Assembly: GCA_964354085.1 (NCBI GenBank)
Contig: CAYGYA010000065.1
Span: 1-61,427, forward strand
Direction of reading: 5' to 3'
DNA from: an uncultured Methanosarcinales archaeon
Lineage (GTDB): Archaea; Nanobdellota; Nanobdellia; Woesearchaeales; SM23-78
DNA length: 61,427 nt
Part shown: positions 1 through 8,496 of the stretch, in pieces
How positions within the stretch are numbered: the first letter of the stretch is position 1
Layout of the letters: each line of letters starts with the position of its first letter
Notes under the pieces: generated by a model
Databases searched by the model: none
What the model was told of the DNA's origin: nothing
Seen by the model: only the letters and a program-made list of their open reading frames with translations
Translations under genes and position numbers: made by a program

Positions 1-80
1 CTGGGAACGAAAGCCATTAGAAGGGTAAATTCAGGCTTTTGTAGGATAAGTTTTTAAAGGCAGAAAAAGGAGATATTTAT

Positions 81-210
81 GCGCGCCGGTGCCGGAGCGG
101 AAAACGGGACAGCCTCAAGAGCTGTTGGCTCAGACAAGGCCAGGGGTCTTGGCTATACAAGACGCCATCTTGGAGCAGTGTCTACGCAGGTTCGAGTCCT
201 GTCACCCGCA
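81..210 (+). tRNA. tRNA-Leu(CAA)-like gene, abnormally long; possible intron or degenerate acceptor stem
   Basis: Anticodon arm ACAGC/CTCAAGA/GCTGT at 109-125 (anticodon CAA, U33, G37). D arm CCG/GAGCGGAAAA/CGG at 92-107. T arm GCAGG/TTCGAGT/CCTGT at 186-202. 3' acceptor strand CACCCGC plus discriminator A at 203-210. TATA-like TTTTTAAA at 51-58, about 25 nt upstream. The gene is about 40 nt longer than a normal class II tRNA. The 5' strand GCGCCGG (83-89) pairs with the 3' strand at only 4 of 7 positions. Confidence 0.55.
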
Positions 211-369
211 TTCACGCAGTGAATGAGGGTTCAGAAATTCTGTAGGAATTTCTGTTACCCGCATATTTTAAGTAACTGTGGGCTCAAAAATCCGTCAGGA
301 TTTTTGTTTGCCCGCAGTTTTAGGAAAACAAGGGCTCAAAAATCACCAAGTGATTTTTGTTTGCCCGCA
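211..369 (+). repeat. Three tandem 53-nt units, each a long imperfect hairpin ending in CCCGCA
   Basis: Units are 211-263, 264-316 and 317-369. Each has GGGY, T, an 8-10 bp A/T-rich stem, a 3-6 nt loop, the return stem, TT(T), RCCC, then GCA. U1 is GGGT(227-230)/ACCC(257-260) with CAGAAATTC/GAATTTCTG. U2 is GGGC(280-283)/GCCC(310-313) with CAAAAATC/GATTTTTG. U3 is GGGC(332-335)/GCCC(363-366) with CAAAAATCAC/GTGATTTTTG. Confidence 0.85.
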
Positions 370-465
370 TTTATTCTTTCTTAGAAACATTTTTATACTA
401 ATAATCCAAAAAATAGAGATATATACTATATTATCAAGAATTAATAAAAATATGAGGGTGGGAAA

Positions 466-3400
466 ATGGTTGATAAGAGAGTAGAGCATGATTTTATACT
501 AATGTCAGTTGTTGCTGTTGTTGCAGTAATAGCTATGTTTTCTTTGATTAGCCCTGCAAGCTTAGGAGACATAAGCATCACAGGTAATGTTATTGGCGAG
601 GCTAGTGCTATTCCGCCGCCTCTTTGTGAGGACACTGATGTGGGTCTGGATTATTCTACTAAAGGACGTTTAAGCGGGGATATACCTAGTGGATTCTATT
701 CAGAAGACCGTTGTTTCATGAAATATTTCCTGAGAGAAGTTTATTGTAAGGATAATCGTGCTGCTTCTCATACAACCTATTGTCGAACTGGCTGTGAAAA
801 TGGCATGTGCAAGGAAAAAAAGATTCAACAGAAATGCGGCGATGGTGTTCTCATTGGTTGGGAAAGGTGTGACGGCGCTAATTTGGGCGACAAGACATGC
901 AATAGCCTAGGATATATTGGCGGCGCTCTTAGCTGCACAAAATCTTGCATATTGAATACGAGTGGCTGCACAAAACCAGTATGCGGCAATAATATTAAAG
1001 AGGCTTATGAGGTATGTGATGGCAATGACTTAAATAACAAGACATGTAGAAACTTTGGCTTTATTGGAGGCACATTAAAATGCTCGAACTGCCAATATAA
1101 CATGACTAGTTGTGTCAAGACATGCTCTTCTGATTCAGAATGCGGTGTGCGTGTTTGTGCTGGAGTTAAGGTGCGTGAAACTTGCGAAAATGGTAGGTGT
1201 GTCTTTAAATCAAGTTGCACAGCTACTAAATGCGCAAAAGAAGGAGAATATGCTAGCGGAACAGTAGCACCCGAATATAGGGTTAGTTGTTGTGAAGGAT
1301 TAAAAGGATTTTATCCTTACCCTGATCGTGTAGGTGGAGGGCCTTTATGCTATAATCCTGAAAAAGGAACTCCCGTCTGCAAGAACCAGGGAACAAGGTC
1401 AGAAGGATGGTATTATCCTAAGACAGGCACATTGCTAAAGTATGAGACTTGTGGAGGAGGAGTTCGCTGTGGTAATAACATATGCGAAACAGGAGAAGCA
1501 GATAGTTGTCAAACACAATGCCCGCCTGATAGGGTTTGTGCTGCTGTTTGCATAATAGGAACCTGCCCCAAGGATTGTGCTAATACTGTTGTATGCACTG
1601 ATTCTGATGGGGGGAGGGATTTCAACCTGAAGGGCACAGTTAAAAAAATAGTTGATGGAAAACTGATGGAAGTAACAGATTATTGTATACTTGAACCATC
1701 TCCTGAATGGCCTGAGAAATATAACCTTGTTGAATACACTTGTGCAAACACGAATGAAAACATAAATTCAATATTTTATACTTGCCCTAGTGGCTGCAGG
1801 GACGGAGCCTGTGTGAATACTAGGTGTGCAAAAGAAGGAGAATATACGAGTGGCACAGTTGCGCCTGAGTACCAGTATGGCTGCTGTGAAGGATTAAGAA
1901 GATTTGATCAATATTCACAAGTTGATATAAGATATAGGCCTATCGGAGGCGGAGACTTGTGCTATGACCCTAATAAAGGGGATCCTATTTGCAGGAACTT
2001 AGGAACAAGTTCAGAAGGGTGGTATTATTCACGAACTGGAGGATTATTGAAATTGGGCAAATGCCCAACAGTGACTGTAGGCTGTGGAAATGGACTAATA
2101 GAACCTGGCGAAGAGTGTGATGGTTACAACTTGAATGGGATGACTTGTTCCGCGTTTAACTTTAGTGGAACAGTCGAATGCACAAACTGTAAACTAAATT
2201 TAAGCAAATGCACGCATGCTATGAGATGCAATACATACAATGATTGCCTACAGATTGCGCTTGCCCCCGATGGTTACAGAGAGTGCAATGGGAAAGATGC
2301 ATGCAAAGTAGGTGGAGGATACCTTTGTGAGAACAATACATGTGTTCTTCACAAGAGGATATATGATTGCCTAAATTGCACTGATGGATGCTTAGCTGTC
2401 GCTTACCCTATTGGCGCTGCTTGTGTGCCACCTGTTAATTATTGTGGCAATGGCATGATGAATCCTGGCGAGCAGTGTGACCCAGCTATGCCTTCTATAT
2501 CTATTCAGTGCAGCATGATTAGTGCTAACTTTACATCAGGCATTGTTACTTGCGACAAGAACTGTAAATATAATACTGCCAATTGCGTAGGCCCTGTTGG
2601 TGGCCGTTGCGGTGATGGTACTGTCACTGTTCGCAATATTGAGGGCTTTAATGAACAGTGTGATGGCAGTGTCAATAATAAGACTTGCAGAAACTTCGGG
2701 TTTATAATGGGTACTTTAACATGTTATGGTTGTCAATATAATACTTCCCGATGCTCTAATGAGCCTAGATGTGGCGAAGGAATCAAGAATCTTGCTGAGG
2801 AATGCGACGGCATGGATCTGGGAGGTGCTAGCTGTGCTTCATTAGATTTTTCTAGTGGATCAATAAGGTGCGCTTCTAATTGTACCATTGATAAGAGTCA
2901 TTGCTTGCCTTATAATTACTGTGGTAATAGGATTGTTGAGGCTGGTGAAGATTGCGACGGCGCTGCTAATGTAACCTGTCGGGCTTTAGACTTTGCTGGC
3001 GGGTCTATAAGGTGCAGCCTTAATTGTACTTTTGATACTAGTCATTGTTTGCCTTATGATTATTGTGGTAACTACTTAGTTGAGCCTGGCGAACAGTGTG
3101 ATGGCAGCACTAACACTGCTATTACTTGTGGTAAGTTTGGCTTTGAGAGCAGTCCTGGTTCTGTGATTTGTAGGAATTGTTATTATAATACCAGCCGCTG
3201 CACAGGTCATGCTGTTGGTGCTTGTGGTGATGGGGCTTTAGAACTTGGTGAGCAATGCGATGTTGGCATTAGCAGAATGATGTGCGCAGACTTTGGATTC
3301 ACAGGAGGAACAATTAGCTGTAATTTACAGACTTGTAAGTATGACACAAGCAAATGCGTAAATGGCATGCCTTGCAACACAAACATGGATTGCCCGCAGA

Positions 3401-5205
3401 TAGCAACTATTCCTGAATACATGGAATGTTACGGTAGTTCTCTTTGCAGAGTTGGTGAAGGCTATGATTGTGTGAACAGTAGATGCACCCTTAATAAGAA
3501 ATATTATGATTGCACACGTTGCCCTAATGGCTGCGGAAATGGCGCTTGCCTACCTATACCTGTTTCTGAATGCACAACAGCTACTGATTGCAAAGTAGAC
3601 CCTTGCGGAGAAAGCATGTGCATGCCTGTAAATGAGATAACTCTTCCGTGTGCTGTTTTACCTGCAGACAAAGTGGCTGATTACTGCACTTGCGAGAATA
3701 ATAAATGTGTTGGTCATAAGAAACCTTTACCTTATTGCGGTGATGGTTTTGTTAACCAGGCTGGTGAAGAATGTGATGGCATTGTTAGTCTGCCTTGCCC
3801 ATCTCATATTTCATTCTCAGGCTATCCTACTGGTACTTTGCGCTGCACTAATGACTGCAAATTTGATTACAGCAATTGTACAGATAATCCACCACCAACT
3901 CCTCGTTGCGGTGATGGCATTATTCAGAAGCCTAATGCTGTTGGCTTTAGTGAGGAGTGTGATGGAGACATTTTTATTGAACCTCTGAATATTTGTCCTC
4001 ATGGCTCTACTGGTGGCCCTGTATCTTGCAAAGATTGTAAATGGGATTACAGTTTATGCAAGCCTATTCCAGAACCTAGGTGTGGAGACGGCATTAGGCA
4101 GACTTTGCTGGGTGAGAATTGCGATGGCCCTGACTTTGGCGGCGAAACTTGCTTGTCTTTAGGTTATGCCGGAGGCAGTTTAAGTTGCACCTCTGGTTGC
4201 CTTATTGATACAACTGGCTGCACTTGGCCTCCGAGTATTTGTGGTGATGGTATTGTCAGCAAGCCTAATGATAATGGTGTTAATGAAGATTGTGATACTG
4301 TTGTAGTCGGCATGGGCTGTCCTTCAGAGTATTATGGCGGTTCTGTGCTTTGCACTAGAGGCTGCAAATATGATTACAGTAATTGCACTACTGTCCAACC
4401 TCCTCGTTGTGGTGATGGATATGTTAATACCCCTAACGAGCAATGCGATGGTGGTGACTTAAATGGGCAGAGTTGCGTGAGCCGAGGTTTCACTAGAGGC
4501 GATTTGGCGTGCGGTGGCAACTGCATGTTTGATGAGTCTTACTGTACTACCGATACTCCGCCTAGATGTGGCGATAACTTTGTTAATCAAGACTTTGAGT
4601 ATTGTGATGGCACTGATTTAAATGGAAATAGTTGTGAGAGCCGTGGTTTTGTTAGCGGAACCCTAAGATGCACAGGCAGTTGCGCATTTGACCCAAGAGA
4701 ATGTTCTATGTGCAACAACAACGGCGTATGCCAGCCAAGAACGGGTGAGACTGCTGATAATTGCATGGGAGATTGCTTTATTTCACCAATTGGAGTGGCG
4801 CTTTACCTTAACCCTGGCTCAATAGATGTTGCTACTGGAGACACTGTTAGCTTTGACATCGATGTATCAAACGTGAACAGCCTTTTTGGCTATCAGTTTG
4901 ACCTTAATTATGACCTTGAGTTGTTAGAGTTCATTGGATTGGAAGATGGAGACTTCCTTAGCACTACCCAGTCTCGTCCTTTCTGCGTTGAGTACACAGC
5001 ATCTCCTGGCTTGGTTGAGAATGTGGCGTGCACAAAACTAGGTGGAAGCGGAGTAAGCGGCAATGGCTTGTTAAAAAAGGTAAACTTTAGAGCTCTTGCC
5101 AGAGGGAATCCTAGTAATATAGTACTCTCAAATGTCAAGCTAGTTGATGCCACTGCAGCAACAATATCCGCACAGGTATTGTCCGGCCAGGTTAGTATTA
5201 GCTGA
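466..5205 (+). CDS. Giant (1579 aa) membrane-anchored, cysteine-repeat surface protein with a C-terminal cohesin domain
   Basis: SD-like GAGGGTGGG lies upstream of the ATG. One N-terminal TM helix (FILMSVVAVVAVIAMFSLI). About 15 copies by eye of CG[DN]G-x(4-9)-GE-x-CDG...C..GF.GG.L.C...C..[DN].S.C, which resembles the Myxococcus-type cysteine-rich repeat. Two copies each of two other Cys modules (CAKEGEY...CCEGL, and M[RP]CNT..DC.QIA). The cohesin-like tail contains VSFDIDVSNVNSLFGYQFDLNYDLELLEF. Confidence 0.9.
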   Translation: MVDKRVEHDFILMSVVAVVAVIAMFSLISPASLGDISITGNVIGEASAIPPPLCEDTDVGLDYSTKGRLSGDIPSGFYSEDRCFMKYFLREVYCKDNRAASHTTYCRTGCENGMCKEKKIQQKCGDGVLIGWERCDGANLGDKTCNSLGYIGGALSCTKSCILNTSGCTKPVCGNNIKEAYEVCDGNDLNNKTCRNFGFIGGTLKCSNCQYNMTSCVKTCSSDSECGVRVCAGVKVRETCENGRCVFKSSCTATKCAKEGEYASGTVAPEYRVSCCEGLKGFYPYPDRVGGGPLCYNPEKGTPVCKNQGTRSEGWYYPKTGTLLKYETCGGGVRCGNNICETGEADSCQTQCPPDRVCAAVCIIGTCPKDCANTVVCTDSDGGRDFNLKGTVKKIVDGKLMEVTDYCILEPSPEWPEKYNLVEYTCANTNENINSIFYTCPSGCRDGACVNTRCAKEGEYTSGTVAPEYQYGCCEGLRRFDQYSQVDIRYRPIGGGDLCYDPNKGDPICRNLGTSSEGWYYSRTGGLLKLGKCPTVTVGCGNGLIEPGEECDGYNLNGMTCSAFNFSGTVECTNCKLNLSKCTHAMRCNTYNDCLQIALAPDGYRECNGKDACKVGGGYLCENNTCVLHKRIYDCLNCTDGCLAVAYPIGAACVPPVNYCGNGMMNPGEQCDPAMPSISIQCSMISANFTSGIVTCDKNCKYNTANCVGPVGGRCGDGTVTVRNIEGFNEQCDGSVNNKTCRNFGFIMGTLTCYGCQYNTSRCSNEPRCGEGIKNLAEECDGMDLGGASCASLDFSSGSIRCASNCTIDKSHCLPYNYCGNRIVEAGEDCDGAANVTCRALDFAGGSIRCSLNCTFDTSHCLPYDYCGNYLVEPGEQCDGSTNTAITCGKFGFESSPGSVICRNCYYNTSRCTGHAVGACGDGALELGEQCDVGISRMMCADFGFTGGTISCNLQTCKYDTSKCVNGMPCNTNMDCPQIATIPEYMECYGSSLCRVGEGYDCVNSRCTLNKKYYDCTRCPNGCGNGACLPIPVSECTTATDCKVDPCGESMCMPVNEITLPCAVLPADKVADYCTCENNKCVGHKKPLPYCGDGFVNQAGEECDGIVSLPCPSHISFSGYPTGTLRCTNDCKFDYSNCTDNPPPTPRCGDGIIQKPNAVGFSEECDGDIFIEPLNICPHGSTGGPVSCKDCKWDYSLCKPIPEPRCGDGIRQTLLGENCDGPDFGGETCLSLGYAGGSLSCTSGCLIDTTGCTWPPSICGDGIVSKPNDNGVNEDCDTVVVGMGCPSEYYGGSVLCTRGCKYDYSNCTTVQPPRCGDGYVNTPNEQCDGGDLNGQSCVSRGFTRGDLACGGNCMFDESYCTTDTPPRCGDNFVNQDFEYCDGTDLNGNSCESRGFVSGTLRCTGSCAFDPRECSMCNNNGVCQPRTGETADNCMGDCFISPIGVALYLNPGSIDVATGDTVSFDIDVSNVNSLFGYQFDLNYDLELLEFIGLEDGDFLSTTQSRPFCVEYTASPGLVENVACTKLGGSGVSGNGLLKKVNFRALARGNPSNIVLSNVKLVDATAATISAQVLSGQVSIS
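4780..5202 (+). other. Cohesin-like domain (C-terminal 141 aa of the giant protein)
   Basis: Motif FGYQFDLNYD..LLEF...GDFL plus the beta-rich tail. Paralogous to the N-terminal domain of the ORF at 6473-8452 (YGFQFDLSYDSNVLEVVSVNEGTF). Confidence 0.7.
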
Positions 5206-5225
5206 TTTCCAGAGAGTGAAACACT

Positions 5226-6446
5226 ATGAAAAAGATTTTAATAAGTTGGAGTATCTTGTTGTTTTCACTTTCAGTGTTTGTGAATGCAGCAATTGTCGCT
5301 GACCATGCCTCTGTGGCTCAGTTCGATAATATTCCCCAGGTATGGATTCAGGCAGCAAAAGATAATTTAGCAATCGCTTATGGCCATACTTCTCACGGAA
5401 GCCAGCTGATTACTGGCATGAACATGCTTCTTACAGAGAAAGGCTCACTTTACTCATGGAATAATGGAGGAACTGGCGGTGCTCTTGACTTGAGAGATTA
5501 CGCTGGCGATTTTGGTGGCTTGCATATAGCTAACGATCTCGGATACCATTATGATTACTCTACGAATTATACTGCTTGGGCAGATGCTACGAGAGCCTAT
5601 CTTTCTCAGCATCCTGAGACGAACGTTATTATCTGGGCATGGTGCTGGCAGATGGAAACATCCGAGGAATACATAAACACTTACTTGACATTGATGCATC
5701 AGTTCGAGCACGATTTCCCTAATGTTAAGTTCGTCTATATGACTGGACATGTGACTGAGGGTCAAGCATTATGCACTGATCCGAGGTTATGGGCTTGTGT
5801 CAATAATTTGCGCGCCACTCAGATACGTAATTTTGTGAATGCCAATAACGGTATACTTTATGATTTCTCTAATATTGAGAGCTATGATCCTAGTGGTAAT
5901 TATTTTGGCGATAAGCTTGTGGATGCTGCATGCAATTATGACAGTAACGGAGACGGTACAACTGACAAGAACTGGGCTACGGATTGGTGCAGTACTCATT
6001 CCTGCGTTGCCTGTCCTGGTGGATGCGCTCACTCCCAATGCTTGAACTGCTATATGAAAGGCAAGGCTGTCTGGTGGCTATGGGCGAGGCTTGCTGGTTG
6101 GGACGGAAGTTCTGGAACACCAGCCTGCGCTGATAATGACCAGGATGGTTATGGAGTTGGCTGTGCCCTTGGTTCTGATTGCAATGATAATAATGCTGCT
6201 ATTCATCCTGGAGCTGCTGAAATCTGCGGAGATGGCATTGACCAGGACTGCAATGGCCAGGACTTATCCTGCCCTCAGACTGTTAGCGGCGATTTAAATG
6301 GTGATCTTAAAGTTGATATTGCTGATTTGGTTATTGTAGCTACTAATTTTGGCAAAGTGAATTTTGATTCCAGAGCTGATGTTAATAAGGATAATATGAT
6401 TGACATAACTGATTTGGTCTTTGTAGCAAGAAGATACACAGGATAA
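5226..6446 (+). CDS. Secreted protein: unknown enzyme-like N-terminal domain, Cys/Asp-rich putative metal-binding motif, C-terminal type I dockerin
   Basis: Signal peptide MKKILISWSILLFSLSVFVNA. Motif DQDGYG..C..DCNDNNAAIHPGAAEICGDGIDQDCNG. Last 54 aa carry the duplicated Ca-binding dockerin repeat GDLNGDLKVDIADLV...ADVNKDNMIDITDLV. Confidence 0.85.
   Translation: MKKILISWSILLFSLSVFVNAAIVADHASVAQFDNIPQVWIQAAKDNLAIAYGHTSHGSQLITGMNMLLTEKGSLYSWNNGGTGGALDLRDYAGDFGGLHIANDLGYHYDYSTNYTAWADATRAYLSQHPETNVIIWAWCWQMETSEEYINTYLTLMHQFEHDFPNVKFVYMTGHVTEGQALCTDPRLWACVNNLRATQIRNFVNANNGILYDFSNIESYDPSGNYFGDKLVDAACNYDSNGDGTTDKNWATDWCSTHSCVACPGGCAHSQCLNCYMKGKAVWWLWARLAGWDGSSGTPACADNDQDGYGVGCALGSDCNDNNAAIHPGAAEICGDGIDQDCNGQDLSCPQTVSGDLNGDLKVDIADLVIVATNFGKVNFDSRADVNKDNMIDITDLVFVARRYTG
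6282..6443 (+). other. Dockerin type I module
   Basis: Two EF-hand-like segments, D-L-N-G-D-L-K-V-D-I-A-D-L and D-V-N-K-D-N-M-I-D-I-T-D-L, about 20 aa apart. This is the canonical dockerin pattern. Confidence 0.75.
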
Positions 6447-6472
6447 GGTTTAAATGCTAGAGTTGAAACATC

Positions 6473-8452
6473 ATGAAAAAGATATTTTTTAAACAAAAGG
6501 CTTCTTACTTTATTATTACCATATTAATATTCTTAATTATTGTTTGCAGCGCATCTGCTTTAGTCCAGGTATCTCCTTCTTCCTCTAACCTAAGCCTTTG
6601 CCCCAACGATACTTTTTCAATTAATATAACTATAAGTGGCGTGGCAGATGTTTATGGTTTTCAGTTTGACTTGAGCTATGATTCAAATGTTCTTGAAGTA
6701 GTTAGTGTTAATGAAGGAACTTTTATCAATGTCAGCAGCCAGTACAGGACTTTCTGGATAGAGCCTGACCTTTCAACTTCAGGGCTAATAAAGAATGTTG
6801 TGTGCTCAAGATTAGGAAATGTGAGCTCAAGTTCTTCTAGCGGAGTGCTTGCAACCATAATCTTCAAGCTTAAAAACACTACAAGCTATCCTGCAACAAG
6901 CAATCTTGTGCTGAATAACCTAAAACTCTCAGACATAAACAGCGTTCTATTAGATAATACAAAACAAGATGGTCAGGTAATTATCCCATCATGTTCTTGC
7001 GCTGACGGAGATACTAGAAGCTGCACTGCTAGTAATGGTTGTTCAGGATTAAGAACTTGCACTGGAGGAGCCTTTGGTAATTGTGTGAGCGCTACTCCTT
7101 ATTTTTGTGATAGCAATTGCGACGGAACTAGTGAATGCTCTGTTAATAATTGCACTACTTGCCAATGCACAGGCTCTGTTTCTAGGAGTTGTAGAACAAG
7201 CGGTGGATGTGGTGGCAGAACATATTGTGTTAATGGCAGTTGGAGCGATTGCCAGATTACACACTATTACTGCGATTATAGTTGTGACGGGGTAAATGAA
7301 ACATGCAGTGATACCCCTTGCCCCTCTACTTGTGTTTGTATTGAAGATTGGGATTGTGATGCCTGGAGCACTTGCTCAGGAGGCAATCAGGAGAGGTCAT
7401 GTACTGACCTTAATGATTGCGGTACAGATGACAATATGCCTTCTGTTAGTAGGAGCTGCTCAACTGGTAGCAGTGGCGGAGGCGGTGGAGGAAGTGGCAG
7501 CAGTTTACCTCCTCCTTGTACTGAAGCCTGGAGTTGTGATGAGTGGTCTTCTTGCCAAACAGATGGTTTTAGCAGAAGAAGATGTAATGATGCTAATAAT
7601 TGTGGAACTTCGATGAGCAAGCCACAGGAATTAGAGATTTGCTTTTATGAAGGTGATTGTAATGATTGGATCATGAATCAGGATGAAACAGGCATTGATT
7701 GTGGAGGAAGCTGCCCAACGCTTTGCCCTGAGCCTGAACCAGAGCAGGTTCTTGCCGGCCCCCCGCAACTAAATATTATTATTGAACCTGTAAGCGCTGA
7801 AATTCTTGACCAGTATGTACTAAAAATAACTGTAGAGAACCAAGGGGAGGGTGAGGTTAATGATTTGAAGATTATTGCTAATAAATGGAGCGGAGAGCCA
7901 GGAGTTATTCAGAGTATTATGCCTGGCATGAGCGAGCAAAAAGGATTGGTGCTTAGCTTGCCAGCAAACCTTGATGAAACATCAGTGGATATCCAGGTGG
8001 TGCAAAATGGCGTTGTTATCGTAGTCCAAACTGTTCCTGTAACCTTATCTATTCCTCTGTTTAGCGTTAAGATTAACAAGGATATTGAGACTGGCAGGAC
8101 TTATGAAACAATTATTGTGGATAACAGAAATAATGCTCCAAGAAAATTAGAGATTGATGTTACAATAAACAAGGGCAAAGAGACCTATCTCATTGATACT
8201 GGCAAGACCTATGACATAGGAGAGAACCAGATATTTAACCAGGTTGATTACTTGTATCAGGACCTTCCAGCTGGGAAATACGAGATTAAATCTTTGTTCT
8301 ATGAGAACGGGCAAAAAATAGGTGAAGCAACTTCTTTTGTGGTTCTTGGCGGCAATAAAAGAGCATTTAACGTCAAATACTTATTTTACTTCATGCTTAT
8401 TGTCATAGTTGGAATTTCAGGCTATGTATTTTTTATGAGCCAGAAAAAATAA
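6473..8452 (+). CDS. Surface protein: signal peptide, N-terminal cohesin, Cys-rich modules, CARDB-like domain, C-terminal TM anchor
   Basis: Cohesin-like region at about 6563-6988 (FSINITISGVADVYGFQFDLSYD). Duplicated Cys modules include two W.C..WS.C..G...R.C.D.N.CGT units. One GIDCGGSC motif. CARDB-like segment LKITVENQGEGEVNDL. Terminal TM helix YLFYFMLIVIVGISGYVFFM. Confidence 0.85.
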   Translation: MKKIFFKQKASYFIITILIFLIIVCSASALVQVSPSSSNLSLCPNDTFSINITISGVADVYGFQFDLSYDSNVLEVVSVNEGTFINVSSQYRTFWIEPDLSTSGLIKNVVCSRLGNVSSSSSSGVLATIIFKLKNTTSYPATSNLVLNNLKLSDINSVLLDNTKQDGQVIIPSCSCADGDTRSCTASNGCSGLRTCTGGAFGNCVSATPYFCDSNCDGTSECSVNNCTTCQCTGSVSRSCRTSGGCGGRTYCVNGSWSDCQITHYYCDYSCDGVNETCSDTPCPSTCVCIEDWDCDAWSTCSGGNQERSCTDLNDCGTDDNMPSVSRSCSTGSSGGGGGGSGSSLPPPCTEAWSCDEWSSCQTDGFSRRRCNDANNCGTSMSKPQELEICFYEGDCNDWIMNQDETGIDCGGSCPTLCPEPEPEQVLAGPPQLNIIIEPVSAEILDQYVLKITVENQGEGEVNDLKIIANKWSGEPGVIQSIMPGMSEQKGLVLSLPANLDETSVDIQVVQNGVVIVVQTVPVTLSIPLFSVKINKDIETGRTYETIIVDNRNNAPRKLEIDVTINKGKETYLIDTGKTYDIGENQIFNQVDYLYQDLPAGKYEIKSLFYENGQKIGEATSFVVLGGNKRAFNVKYLFYFMLIVIVGISGYVFFMSQKK

Positions 8453-8496
8453 AAGGTTAATGAATAAAACAAATATTAAAATGAGGTGATTTTAAA

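Noticed and set aside
211-369. Possible miniature CRISPR array (regularly spaced repeats)
   Set aside because: There are only three units. The conserved part (about 37 nt) is itself variable with compensatory changes, and the spacers are only about 16 nt. No cas genes or leader are present in the window.
278-484. 68-aa plus-strand ORF spanning the hairpin units and the promoter region of the giant gene
   Set aside because: It is made almost entirely of the tandem hairpin repeats and AT-rich promoter sequence. It has no ribosome-binding site and runs into the real start at 466.
3650-3988. Alternative-frame ORFs inside the cysteine-repeat genes (also 7107-7616 and 1005-1220)
   Set aside because: They are wholly nested in long, motif-rich coding frames and have low-complexity Leu/Val-rich translations typical of off-frame readings.
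81-8452. Integrated mobile element at the tRNA 3' end, suggested by the repeated CCCGCA ends
   Set aside because: No integrase, transposase or other mobility gene is recognisable here or anywhere else in the 61 kb. The repeats are 53 nt apart, far too close to bracket an element.
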